DNA of 64,000 nucleotides, taken from Chiloscyllium plagiosum. Its lineage: Eukaryota. Below are positions 1 through 12,273 of this stretch, piece by piece (the stretch's first letter is position 1; every line of letters begins with the position of its first letter). Position numbers and translations under genes: made by a program. The notes under the pieces are model-generated. The model saw nothing but the letters and a program-made list of their open reading frames with translations. It was not told where the DNA came from and ran no database searches. The stretch lies in NCBI RefSeq assembly GCF_004010195.1, contig NC_057728.1, forward strand, positions 6,336,863 through 6,400,862. The letters run 5' to 3'.

Positions 1-870
1 ATGACACCAAAATTGGAGGTGTAGTGGACAGCGAAGAGGGTTACCTCAGATTACAACAGGATCTTGACCAGATGGGCCAATGGGCTGAGAAGTGGCAGAT
101 GGAGTTTAATTCAGATAAATGCGAGGCGCTGGATTTTGGGAAAGCAAATCTTAGCAGGACTTATACACTTAATGGTAAGGTCCTTGGGAGTGTTGCTGAA
201 CAAAGAGACCTTGGAGTGCAGGTTCATAGCTCCTTGAAGATGGAGTTGCTGGTAGATAGGATAGTGAAGAAGGCATTTGGTAAGCTTTCCTGTATTGATC
301 AGAGTATTGAGTAAAGGAGTTGGGAGGTCATGTTGTGGCTGTACAGGACATCGGTTAGGCCACTGTTGGAATATTGTGTGCAATTCTGGTCTCCTTCCTA
401 TCGGAAAGATGTTGTGAAACTTGAAAAGGTTCAGAAAAGATTTACAAGGTTGTTGCCAGGGTTGGAGGATTTGCACCAAAGGGAGAGGCTGACCAGGCTG
501 GGGCTGTTTTCCCTGGAGCGTCGGAGGCTGAGGGGTGACCTTATAGAGGTTTACAAAATTATGACAGCCCTGGATAGGATAAATAGGCAAAGTCTTTTCT
601 CTGGGGTCGGGGAGTCCAGAACTAGAGGGCATGGGTTTAGGGTGAGAGGGGAAAGATATAAAAGACCTACAGGGCAACTTTTTCACACAGAAGATGGTAT
701 GTATATGGAATGAGCTGCCAGAGGAAGTGGTGGAGGCTGGTACAATTGTAACGTTTAAGAGGCATTTGGATGGGTATATGAATAGGAAGGGTTTGGAGGG
801 ATATGGGCTGGATGCTGGCAGGTGGGACTAGATTGGGTTGGGATATCTGGTCGGCATGGACGGGTTGGAC
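1..870 (+). mobile_element. CR1-clade LINE (HER1-like) 3' fragment
   Basis: RT C-terminal motifs DDTKIGG, WQMEFN, RPLLEYCVQFWSP, RRLRGDLIEVYKI; stops and frameshifts. Confidence 0.95.
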
Positions 871-924
871 TTTTGAAGTCTTGGGAAAAACAGAAAGCAA
901 TCAGACAGGGACCATAAGAAACAG

Positions 925-1862
925 ATAAGGTTCATAGTTCCTTGAAAGTGGAGTTGCAGGTAGACAGGGTGGTGAAAAAAAGCATTTGATATTAGGTTAG
1001 ATTCTCTACAGTGTGGAAACAGGCCCATCGGCCCAACAAGTCCACACCACCCCTTCGAAGAGAAGCCCACCCACTATGGGCAATTTCGCATGGCCAATTC
1101 ACCTGACCTGCACATCTTTGGATTGTGGGAGGAAACCTGTGCACCTAGAGGAAACCCACACAGACATGGGGAGAATATGCAAACTCCACAGAGACAGGCA
1201 GGAATCAAACCCAGAGCCCTGGTGCTGTGAGGCAGTAGTGCTAACTATCAAGCCACCGTGCCGCCCAAATGCTTGCCTTTATTGGTCAGTGCATTGAATG
1301 TAGGAGTTGGGAGGTCATGTTACGACTGTACGGGACAACGGTGAGGCCACTTTTGGAATAGTATTCAGTTCTGGCCTCCCTGCTATAGGAATGGTGTAAT
1401 TAAACTTGAATGGGTTCAGGATAGATTTGCAAGGAATATTGCCAGGGTTGAGCGAGTGAGACTGATTATTTTCAGGGTTATTAGTGTCAGAGGCTGAGGA
1501 GGGAACTTATAAGGTTTATATAATCATAAGGGCATTAATCGGCTGAATAGTCAAGGTATTTTCTTCCCAGGGTAGAGGAGACCAAACTACTGGCCATGGG
1601 TTTAAGATGAGAGGGGAAAAATTTAAAAGGACTGAAAGGGCAACTTTTTCATGCAGAGGGTGGTGTGTATATGGAATATGCTGCCAGAGGAAGTGGTGGG
1701 GTCTGGTATAATTACAACATTTAGGAGGCATCTTGGATAGGTACATGAATGGGAAGGATATGGGCTAAATGCTGGCAAATTGGACTAGATTAATTTAGGA
1801 TATGTAGTCAACATGGACGAGTTGGATCGAAGGGCCTGTTTCCAGGCTGTACATCTCCATGA
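925..1862 (+). mobile_element. Degraded CR1 3' fragment interrupted by an HE1 SINE
   Basis: Same CR1 motifs on both sides of the 988-1267 SINE. Confidence 0.85.
988..1267 (-). mobile_element. HE1-like (V-SINE) tRNA-derived SINE
   Basis: tRNA-like head (GGCGGCACGGTGG...GGTTTGATTCC), V-domain, CR1-like tail with TCTAA repeats. Confidence 0.88.
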
Positions 1863-2571
1863 TCAGATAATAAACTCAGAGAACCCCAGCTGGTCTGGCA
1901 CTATCCACGGAGGGAAAAAAAAAACAGAGTTAATGTTTCACATCAGTTAAACCATTGTCAAAAATAGAAAGCTTAGGTGTAACGGGTTTTTTGAGCAGGA
2001 GGCAGAAAAAATGAGAAGGGTGGAAAAACAGAAGGGTGGAAAGCAGAGGAATTGAATAACAAAAGGCATAATAGCACATGGAGGCAGCAGAGTGGTTTGT
2101 GAATAGATAGACCACCTTGCAAAAGAATGGCTAATCATTGCATTCACTGGACAGCAATCTGTACCAGTGAGCTGAAATGCATGTTAATGGAGCCTTTCCT
2201 GCATGAAATGCACGAATTTCAGACAAGACAACAATTTAACTTAATCTCATTTTAGCAGAGCTTCACGAATACAGAATACAGTACTGCATATTCACCCAAT
2301 TTAAAGCACAGTGGCAATACCATTTCTCCCTGCTATTCACGATAACTCTTGATTACTGGTGTTTGGGATCTCAGTGCCATTATCTGCTAATTTCCCACTC
2401 CGAATCTGTTTAATTTAATGAATTATAACTTCAGAAGGTCAGCATCCTGCACAGTAATTAATAGTGCACATTTCCTCCTTCTTGGTGAAATGATATGTTT
2501 AATTGCGCTAAGTTGCAAATCCAAGTCTGCAGCAGAGCATAGTGTTTGATGTAACTGTGATTTTGGGTGCT

Positions 2572-3113
2572 GGATCAGTGGTGCTGGAAGAGCACAGCAA
2601 TTCAGGCAGCATCCGACGAGCAGCAAAATCGACGTTTCGGGCAAAAGCCCTTCATCAGGAATAAAGGCAGAGAGCCTGAAGCATGGAGAGATAAGCTAGA
2701 GGAGGGTGGGGGTGTGGAGAAAGTAGCATAGAGTAGAATGGGTGAGTGGGGGAGGAGATGAAGGTGATAGGTCAGGGAGGAGAGGGTGGAGTGGATAGGT
2801 GGAAAAGGAGCTGGGCAGGTCGGACAAGTCCGGACAAGTCAAGGGGACAGTGCGGAGCTGGAAGTTTGAAACTAGGATGAGGTGGGGGAAGGGGAAATGA
2901 GGAAACTGTTAAAATCCACATTGATGCCCTGGGGTTGAAGTGTTCCGAGGCGAAAGATGAGGCGTTCTTCCTNCTGCTAGGAGGCGTCCAGTCTCCCCAA
3001 TGTAGAGGAGACCGCATCGGGAGCAACGGATACAATAGATGATATTAGTGGATGTGCGGGTAAAACTTTGATGGATGTGGAAGGCTCCTTTAGGACCTTG
3101 GATAGAGGTGAGG
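2572..3113 (-). mobile_element. Penelope-like element 3' fragment (GIY-YIG endonuclease plus pseudo-LTR with hammerhead motif)
   Basis: Minus-strand translation STNIIYCIRCSRCGLLYIGETGR and EEERLIFRLGTLQPQGINVDF; 13-bp TSD GATTTTGGGTGCT (2559-2571/3114-3126). Confidence 0.9.
2631..2658 (-). ncRNA. Minimal type I hammerhead ribozyme motif
   Basis: CUGAUGA-A-GGGC(UUUU)GCCC-GAAAC-GUC; intact core. Confidence 0.75.
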
Positions 3114-3924
3114 GATTTTGGGTGCTCTGGTGTTCAGAACTAAGCTCTTTTCTTAAACCACAAGAGGAGGCCATTCAGAAATTGTACATGTGGTGATTCT
3201 CTCACCACCACCCCCTCCCCCAGCCCAATGGGAGGCAAGTAAATAGACTTGATAGGCTGAATGGTCTCCATTTCATAATTTTCTTAAAATTCTGTCTCTT
3301 AAGAAACAAAGCCCAGTGTGTGGTTTGCTCTGAAGTCAGTGGGATCCGGTGGGTTGTTCTGGTCTGGTTAATGTGGCTGCCATCTCCTACTCATTATAAA
3401 GTTGGTGCAACCCTATAAAAACAGTCTCCATAAGAGGACTAACCCTGCTCCTTCGAGGTGATTCTGGCCACAGCAAGGAGCATTTGTGTCACAGACTGTA
3501 AACCTTTCTGCGAATCCTTCCACTGGTTCACACTATCTCAAAAGTTGATCGACTAAACTGGAAGAGGCGAAAGTAAATTAACCCCTATTGTTCCTGTAAT
3601 GTAGCGCTGGGAGCTGGCTACATCTTGTCAGATCAGTAATCTGTGAATATTATCATGGAAATTGGGAGCTAATAGCAGATACATTTCTGATGTACCAAAG
3701 GTCTAATTGTGCCCATGATAAATGTCTTTTTGAGCAGTGAATTTTTTTTTGTGTATTACAATGCTCTGTGTAACAAACAGGATGTAGTGCTGTGGTTGCT
3801 TTGTCAGGCAAGTTCTTGGTGTAGTGCAAACCTTGATCTTTGACTTGCGTGCAGAGATCGTTTTGGAAAGGGTTGAAGCAAGTTAAACTGTCTCTCCCAT
3901 GTGTTTTGAACCAGAAGTGCGGGA

Positions 3925-4350
3925 TGGCAGGGTGTCTCAGTGGTTAAAACTGCTGCCTCACAGCGCCAGGGACCTGGGTTCGATTCTAGCCTTGTGTGAA
4001 CTTAATATATTGTCTCCATGGGTTTCCTCTGGGTGCTCAGTCCAAAGATGTGCAGGTGAGGTGGATTGGCCATGCTAAATTGCCCATAGTGTCCAGGGTT
4101 GTGTGGGTTGGCCACAGTAAAGGCGAAAGTGAGGACTGCAGACACTGGAGGTCAGAGTCGAGAGTGTGATGCTGGAAAAGCACAGCAGGTCAGGCAGCAT
4201 CCAAGGAGCAGGAAAATCGATGTTTCGGGCATAGTAAAGGCAGAGTTATTAGGGGGATGGGGGGCAGAGTTATTAGGATGGGGGGGGGTGGGGGGAGTGG
4301 TTTGGGTGGGATACTCTCTGGAGGATTGATGTGGACTGCTTTGCACTGTA
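3925..4350 (+). mobile_element. HE1-like SINE carrying a nested Penelope pseudo-LTR fragment (4125-4232)
   Basis: SINE head and V-domain; insert flanked by 9-bp TSD AGTAAAGGC (4116-4124/4233-4241). Confidence 0.8.
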
Positions 4351-5177
4351 TGATTCTATATATGACCTTGCTGTTCTCTACACTGAACTGCATCTGCCCC
4401 CAGTCTATCAAATTGTTAATATCTTTTTTTTGAAGTTCTGCACTTCCTTGATTGCAGTTTACAATTCTCACCTGAACAAGTGTCATCTGCAACCTTTGAA
4501 ATTATCCCCTATTTACCAAGATCAGGAAAAGCAAGAACCCAATACAGTATCGGTCCCTGGGGAACTCCATTGCAAACCTTCTCCAGCCCCCAAAAAAACA
4601 CCTATTCACCATTGCTCTCTGTTCACTACCTCTTTCTCAGCTAATTTTGTATCCATACTGCTACTGCCCTTTTTTTATTCCATGGCCTTGGTTGGGTCCG
4701 GTGTCGATTAGTGGAGAGAGATGGCGGCGCAAGTATCGTCGATAGTGAGTTGGCTCAGGATTGATGAACTCTCTCCCTTTTATACCTTAAACAGTTAGGT
4801 ACTTGGAGCTGAGTAAGGTCAAGCTGGGAGGAAGCTCATGGGAGTTGCTTCACACTGTCATCTTGTGGCCAAAGCCTGTAACTACAGTGTAATTGGTCAG
4901 AACGAAAATGAACATGTGCTGAGTGTTGACCTCAACACCAAAAACTGTGAAAACATTGGTTATTGTGGCAGGATCCATATTTTAATGAGGATTGTTCTGA
5001 GGAAACATTGGGTCTGATTTCTCTCCACAGACACTGAGCTTATCCAGCCGTTTCAGTTTCTGTTTCAATTTTTCTTTTCTCTCTTAATTAAAGTTCTGAT
5101 TTATTCTTCTTCACAGGAAGCCTTCAGATCAGAACAAAAAGAGCAAGCTGATCCGGTGCAAGTTAAAACAGCAAAAG

Positions 5178-8100
5178 ATGCAAAGCTGGGTACCAAATAA
5201 CTGTTTTCACCAGGCTTTTGACAATCAGAATGAGCTCATGGCATCAACTCCACTATCGCACCAGACTGTTTGGAGATCTGGGTGTGCCAATAATGGATCA
5301 TCCTCATCTAATCACCAGTCTTGGAAGGTCTGTGGCGGACCTAACTATTTTGCAGATGAATTGGCAGCAAGCAACTCAAATGAAGACACCAGCAAACTTG
5401 CCTCTTCTTCAGCTGAACTATCATCACCTTTCAGTGACACCACATTCTATCGTTCGCCTATACTGACTACGTTAATTGAGGGTTCCCAAACTAAAAGTCG
5501 ATTCCGACCTGCCTATCCACAATGCCTGCCAACTGAGAGCCAATCTAGCTATTTGCAAGATCGATCAATGTGGTCAGACCCAGCCTCAGTTCAAACTCCA
5601 TTGGAGTTTGTCCCTTCTCAGAGAGGGCCAGTGTGCTGGAACCAAAAGACCCATGCAACCATCAAGAATTTCCCATCATCCCCAAGCCCTGCTTCTACTG
5701 GTGTACAGCCTGGAACTCCAAGCTCGCTCGCCTCTTGGGCGACACCACCTCTCCTAAACCACAAGAGGTGGCCTCTTTCAGAGCAACTTCCTGGGCAGTC
5801 AGACAGTAGGGTGGTATTTGCGTCTCGGCCCACGGAGAATTGTTGGGATAACTGCCCAAGTGCCGAGTATCAACAGGCTCCTGGATCTTTCATGCATACT
5901 GCAAATCAACAGGCTTCCGATGTAAGCTATTGTGATTCGGGCCCATTTCATAACGTGCGTACGAAAGTTTGCAAAGTGCCCATGGACAGACGTATGTTTG
6001 CGATAAGACAGCAGGGAAAGGGAATGCAGGCACTGAGTAGGGACAATATCTCAGCTCCAGAGTCATCAACTGGAAAGCACTTTATGAACCGTGGACATGA
6101 AGCAACACTTGGCCATACTCAGAGCATGACGTCAAGTGGAGGTGGACTTTGTACTCGGATTCCTGGTCAAGATTGTTGGCAGGGCACTTCTGACCTGCCA
6201 ACAGATCCTCATTTCAACAGTTTTAGTCACAGAACGTCTCAAAATCACCAGATAGATTCTGAATTTGCTTCCCGGGCACAATACCTGTCCAGTGTGTATT
6301 CTCAAAAGAATTCCCAGCCTTCCCGGAAGAGGAGGAGTTATGACGTGCTAAGGTTTCTTGAAGAACTTACATTTGGAGAGTTGAAGGCCTTGCTTTTTGC
6401 ATTTGAGGTTATGGATAGAAGGAAAAGAATAGCATGCGCGAATTTACGGGCAGGTCAAGTGAATGTGTCACCCCAGCAAAATCCTGCAATCGTGCAATCC
6501 TGCCCGATCGCCGCACAGAACACAAACTCTGCTAGTTATGTAAATGGCAGGAATCTGAGCAGCAGTTCATCATTGAAATATCAGTGTACGCAAAACAGAA
6601 ACGTGGGTGGCCATTCTCTTTTTCCCGAACAAAGTGAGCAACAGGTTTTATCTCCCCATGTGCTAAAACACTACCAATGCCACTCATCGATCGAACAAAT
6701 CAGCTCATCTCTGCAAGGCTGTGAAGAGAAAAGCTCCATTTGTCTGGATAGTACAGGGAATTTGTATCCCCACACTCACCGTGGGGCTATAGGTGTTGAG
6801 CGTAACATGCAAGATTACTCATTTAACTGTTTAAAGAGTCCCAAGCCTTTCGGTTCTGGGTCTGTCGACCCCAATTATTTTGGACCAAACCAACAAGATG
6901 GACCACACAAACATTCATTTCAGTCACTGGACACCTCAAGTGCATCAAACATGAATCAAACCAACCCTCCAATAAATACTTCTCAGCGCGACGAGCAACG
7001 TCGAAAAGACATCAAAGCCTTGTATGATATGTTGCGAACTTCTTACGGAAATAAAATGAATAGAAATTCGAAACGTCAAAAGCTGGAAGATTCTACAAAG
7101 CGTGTTCAACCAGCTTCTGAATTGGGTCAAATTAATATCAATGCTGTACAGTCCGCTTGTGACAACCAGTCTTCCCAAAGGGCTGATCACCAGGATATTT
7201 GGGATGCGAGTGCAGATTTATTGCTAAATTCGCAGAACGCTGCAGCAGCACGACAATTTACGCATGATGAATCTCCCCCACTTGTTAAATGGAATGCATC
7301 GAGCCCTGTCACTCACCTTCATTCAAGAGTTCAACGCAGCCAAAGTGCAGAAGCTTCCTCTTCACCTGAGACCTTTGACAACAAGAAAGCTGCACTTCTC
7401 CTCACACAATCCGCAGACAAAACTGAAGGACCACTGATATCACCTCCACATGCAACCTCAGTGGTTCAAGAGAAGCCTGCATCTTTCCCGAGTGCCATGA
7501 GGTCTCCGACGACAAAACCCGCCGACACACTGCACTGGCCAAGATGTTCAAGCCAAGGATCCGGAAGCCTGTCACCTGCGGACAAAGCATACAACCCATT
7601 GTCTCCCCATTGTGCATGGGCGGAGCCTATCATGGAGAGCCACCTCACCAATGCAACTTCGAAAAGCTTCCAAGGGAACTTGACTCTAGCAGTGAGGGCT
7701 GAAGAATTCAGCAGAGTGCAAGAGGCTGCCTCTCGTGTGGGTGTCCACGTCTCAAATGCAACCTCAAATGATCAAAAGGGTGATGCTTCAGTTCCACCTT
7801 CGGAGGGTCTTCCAGAACAACTCATTGCCTTGCCTATTGAATCATCTAAACTGTTCAGTGCTCCATCAAACCTAATTGATCAGGCAGGGCTCCAGTGTAA
7901 AGCCAGCAATGAGGTATCTGCAGGAATCCAGGCAGTAAATGGATTTCCATCCTCTGATATCTACACGACAAATGGTAACAAGGTAAGTAACACATCCCCA
8001 GAAAAGGTGGTTGAGGAACTCCACTCAATACCAAATTCTGAGAGTGTTTTGACAAAAGAATCGGATACCTTAGAATTCATTTTACGTTCTTTAGGTATCA

Positions 8101-11100
8101 TTCCAGAAGACAATGAAGGACCGAGTGTGGCAATTCTAACTTCTTCGTCTCCTGATGTAACCAGTCCAGAACAGAACACAGCTCCCTCTTTGTCAATTGA
8201 TCCATCTGGTCCAGAAGTAAAACAGAAGCTAGACTTCACTCTCCCGTCGTTTAATACAGCGGTATCGAATAATAAGGAGCAAGTGTTCGCCACACTTGGT
8301 CTCGGTTCTACAGGGCCCAAACAAACCAGAGCCTCCTCAGACATTCCTTTCAGTCCTGGAAAAAGACTGCAGACTGCAGAGGTTAACACTCCTTTCCAGG
8401 AATACCAAAGCACCTCTGCAGTCAGTAAACAAAATCCTGCGGACGTAAACCACTCGAGCTCCGTTTATCAAACAAACCAGCAAGGGAGGAATGTTCAGAG
8501 TCCGGTGGTGACCAGGGTTCAGAGGACGGAAGAGAACAAATTGCAGGAAACTGAGCTGCCCAATGTGGTGCCCTGCTCAGTCAGCGGCTCAGTTCCAATG
8601 AGCTTTGGGGACACTCAGGAAGTCAATGAAAAATTCGCCCATAATCTCACTTGTGCCCCAACAGCACGTCACCCACATGCAGATGTTGTGATCAAGTTAG
8701 AACATGGTGTTGCAAGCAGCAAAGGGAGTAATCCTTCGATGAGTCTCCACACTGCATGCAAATCAAACCAGTCCCCCTCTTCGGTTTCACATGCTTCAGC
8801 TCTGGATGGACCTCCGTTAATTGCGCACGTTGAACAGATGCAGGGAACTCTATCTCTGTCTGCTGCGGGCGGTGATGGTCTGCTATCCTCACCCTGCAGC
8901 ACACCCTATGTGCCATCGGCGCGTTCGACACCGTTAATAAATCCAGTTGCCGATCCATGTTCTGTGGGCTTAGTTCAAAACTGCAGACCTGCACCGAGGA
9001 GTGAGGCAGATGGTTCATCTCTTCAGCAAGTTCCAGCCATATCTGCACGCTTAAGCAGCAATGCATCTGATCGAAGTGTAGTGAGAAACAAACACCATGT
9101 GGCCGATGGACCTTTTGTTCTGTATAGAGGATTGAGGATGCAACCAGGCATTAAGAATGGGACCTCTGGGAGTGTGGGGACTTTGTTTTCAATGGCCTGG
9201 GGCTGCCAGGGGAGTCCAATGCCAGGCAGCGAAGAAAGTTCTGAACAGCCAGGGCTCTTCCCTCAGGCCGGGAATGTCAAGAGCTCGGCAGGAGCTGAAA
9301 GTTCACCAGTCTGTGTGTCAAGCAGTACGGATAGCTATCACCCTCTGTCTGTGGTACGCGGTGTTCTAACCTCAAGATTCACACTGAAATGTCAAAGGCC
9401 AGTTCGGGGAATCCATGCTCTCCCTCCGAGTAGCAACGGGGAAGTAACGGCTGTTGGGCAGACATCGCATGGAGGTGGCTCCCTGCTCCGAAAAGAAGGC
9501 TGTAGAACAGTGGCCGTCTCAAATGATGCTGACGCAGATTTGCTATCAGGGATCAGGATCAGTTTTGTATTCTCACTCTCCAAGTACTGGGAGCACTGGA
9601 AAATCATCAATGGCGTGCATCTCGCTTCCGACTCGTTGGTAACAACAGGCCGTGAGCTTGTGCAATCCGTTGGCAAAGCGAGTAATTTCTCCACGACGCA
9701 AGTAGAACATGACTCACGTGAGGTGAATGGACCAATCCGGGCTGGAACTAGAGCTGGCTCACGTCTAGATGAGGGCAGACAGAGAGACTTCATTACTGAC
9801 TCCCCTCCCAGTCAGAATAATGTGCCTTTTGTAAGTGATCCTTTTGTCCAAATGGCCGATACAAAAACCTTCAGCACAGTGCCTGATCATTCCGATAATG
9901 TTTACCAATTCGAGGTAAAATTGAACCAAAACCCTGAGCGTGTTAAGCATGCGAGCAAAACTACCACAGTCGTCTCTGCAGAACTCTCCAAGTTGCCGGC
10001 TGGAAGTGGGTGTTCTAATGAAAATCCCGCTGAGGTAAATGATACCTCAAGTGGACAAGATGAAACAGCAGCTGCCCTCTGTTGTTTCAATTCCAAAGAC
10101 CTGATGACACAGAACTTTTTCGGCAAAAATGAATTCCCAAATGTGGCTGAGTTGGAAACCACCACCGAGTCCATTTTCCGTTTCTGGTGTCCTTCAGGGG
10201 ACGGCTTTGAACAGCACCATGAGGAGATGGAGAAAGGATTTGATTTTAAGTCTAGTGTTGAATGGATCCACAGTGGACTCAACCTGTACACCGTAGCGAG
10301 TCCTGCAGAGTCAATTAGTAGCGTGCACACGTGGAATGCACACTGTCTCCATTTTGGGTTCACTGCAACAGTTGACAGGGGGCAACGTCATAAAGAAAGA
10401 TCTCAGCCAAGAAAATTAAGTAACTGGTGCAGTACAACAGACGATATTGTGTTTGAGGAACGTGAATCGGAGCTGTTAGAGAGTATATTGAGGTCCCACC
10501 CCCTGCTGACTGATGAAGGCAGCAATGGTAACTGGGCTGACATTGCTTCACATAATACAGCACTCGAAACCTACAGGCCAAACGCTTGCCTCAAAAATAG
10601 CAGTAGCCAAATAACTCAACGATATGGGGGCAAACAGTTTGAGGCTGACAACACAAAGATGACCCTACCATCTCTGAGAATGGGGAGCAAATGCATGAGT
10701 AGCAATGATTGGCGTGCAGTCCTAAATCAGGATGCACCACACCCTGATGATTCAACACAACTTTTCAATGGGCAAGCAAGTTGGAGGAAATCTGAGCCTA
10801 GCGTGGCCGACTGCACCGAAATAGAAATGAAAGGAGTGGGTCACCAAAAATGCAAAACCATTCTCTCTGAGTTACCGAATACGTTATCAACAGCTTTAAC
10901 CCACAGTCCAGCATCTAAAGTGGTCAATGAAACTTCTGAAGTGACAAGCCCGGGAGCTGATTGGAAAGCCTTTTGGGACTGCGGCAGTAGTGATGTAGAC
11001 GTTGCACGTGAAGAAATGGAGACCTTTGCAACAGACTGTTCTTCAATCTCAGCCGAGTCTCAGCTGTCTCTCTGCGGAGTTGGCAGCAGCCCGCAGCAGT

Positions 11101-11145
11101 CATCATTGCGGATCAAAAACTCACCGTGTTTGGCTGCACAGAATG
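5178..11145 (+). CDS. RESF1: Giant coding exon, probable retroelement silencing factor 1 (RESF1/KIAA1551)-like protein; Ser/Pro/Gln-rich, probably largely disordered
   Basis: Uninterrupted 1991-codon ORF free of repeats. Pyrimidine tract plus CACAG acceptor (exon start 5117), ATG at 5178, donor-like G|GTACGT at 11145/11146 just before the in-frame TGA (11151-11153). Identity is inferred from the human RESF1-AMN1-ETFBKMT neighbourhood and RESF1's single huge coding exon, not from a recognised domain. Coding status is much more certain than the name. Confidence 0.6.
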
Positions 11146-12273
11146 GTACGTGAAAATATAACCTGCAAATGCTTCCAGGAGTCTCCTGGAGAACTTCCTG
11201 TCTGCTATTTCAACATCACAAGCTCTAGCAGCAAACAATGGAGATTGCTGTTTTTGCACCAAGAAATTTGCAATTGGAGGGGGGGGGGGCGGGGGGGTGA
11301 TAGCTTCAGCACTTTGATTTGATTAATAAGGAATGAAGGTCATGATATCTTGAACCAGATCTGCATATTGTGAAAAGCACAAAGTGACAAAGTAGAACAT
11401 GAAATGAGTCCTTCAGCTTGATTTTCACTGACTGTGTTAACATTGTCTCTGATCTCATGAAGCAGAGATCTTTCAGTGAATGTAGTGTTGTGGATAAATT
11501 ACCACAAGCAACCTGTAATCTGGCTACTTATTCAGGAATTTCACAGTCAAGTGCTGAAACAATTATTTAAACTTTATTGCATGTAGCAACCAAAATAAGA
11601 GCCCTCAAGTAAGCAAGTTAAGCCTCACAACCCAATTTAACTATTATCCAATTAATGGTGTAAATTAGCTGTAATTCCCACTGACAGTGTCTATCTCTCT
11701 GGATGTGTCCAGGGTTCAATCCTTGTGCAGTGTTCTCTAGACTTCTTCCCTCATGAATCCTAGAGTTCAATTCCTGTACAGGTTTTCATCCTGCAAGTTT
11801 GTGGTGTGATGACATTATTGATGGTCCTTTAGATTATTTCTTCCAAAGTAGTGCCAGTCTGCCTTCTTATCAGAAGCAGCTTCCTTTGTTCCTTGTTACA
11901 TTTGGTGTTGACTGTCTGTTTGAAGACACAGCTTTCCCATCATTAACTCCTTAAGTTCTGCAAGGCAACTGTTTGTCCTTGTGGCACAGGGCAGCCATTT
12001 AACAAGGAGTTGTTAAAATAGTTTTCTTTATATAGCTTTGTCTCCTCCTTTTCCCAGGCACAGCTAATTGCTTTCAATTCCTGGATAAGTTTGTTCTTCC
12101 CCTTTAGTAGCTTCTCCCGAACAGAGTTATCACTACGTCTTTCAGTCTATGAGCAGTTATTTAGGTTGTGAAGTTTACACTAGCATAATATATTTATAAG
12201 CCAGCCTACATTAATTAACTGTGCTGCTGGAGTTTGATATTTTTATGATTACAATTATTAGAATTCACCTTTT

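Noticed and set aside
5218-11106. Alternative-frame and antisense ORFs of 60-153 aa within the giant exon
   Set aside because: Expected shadow ORFs of a long coding exon; no motifs
11278-11298. G-runs and C-runs (also ~4250-4310, ~13630-13652) as functional G-quadruplexes
   Set aside because: Simple homopolymer expansions, mostly in repeats; no supporting context
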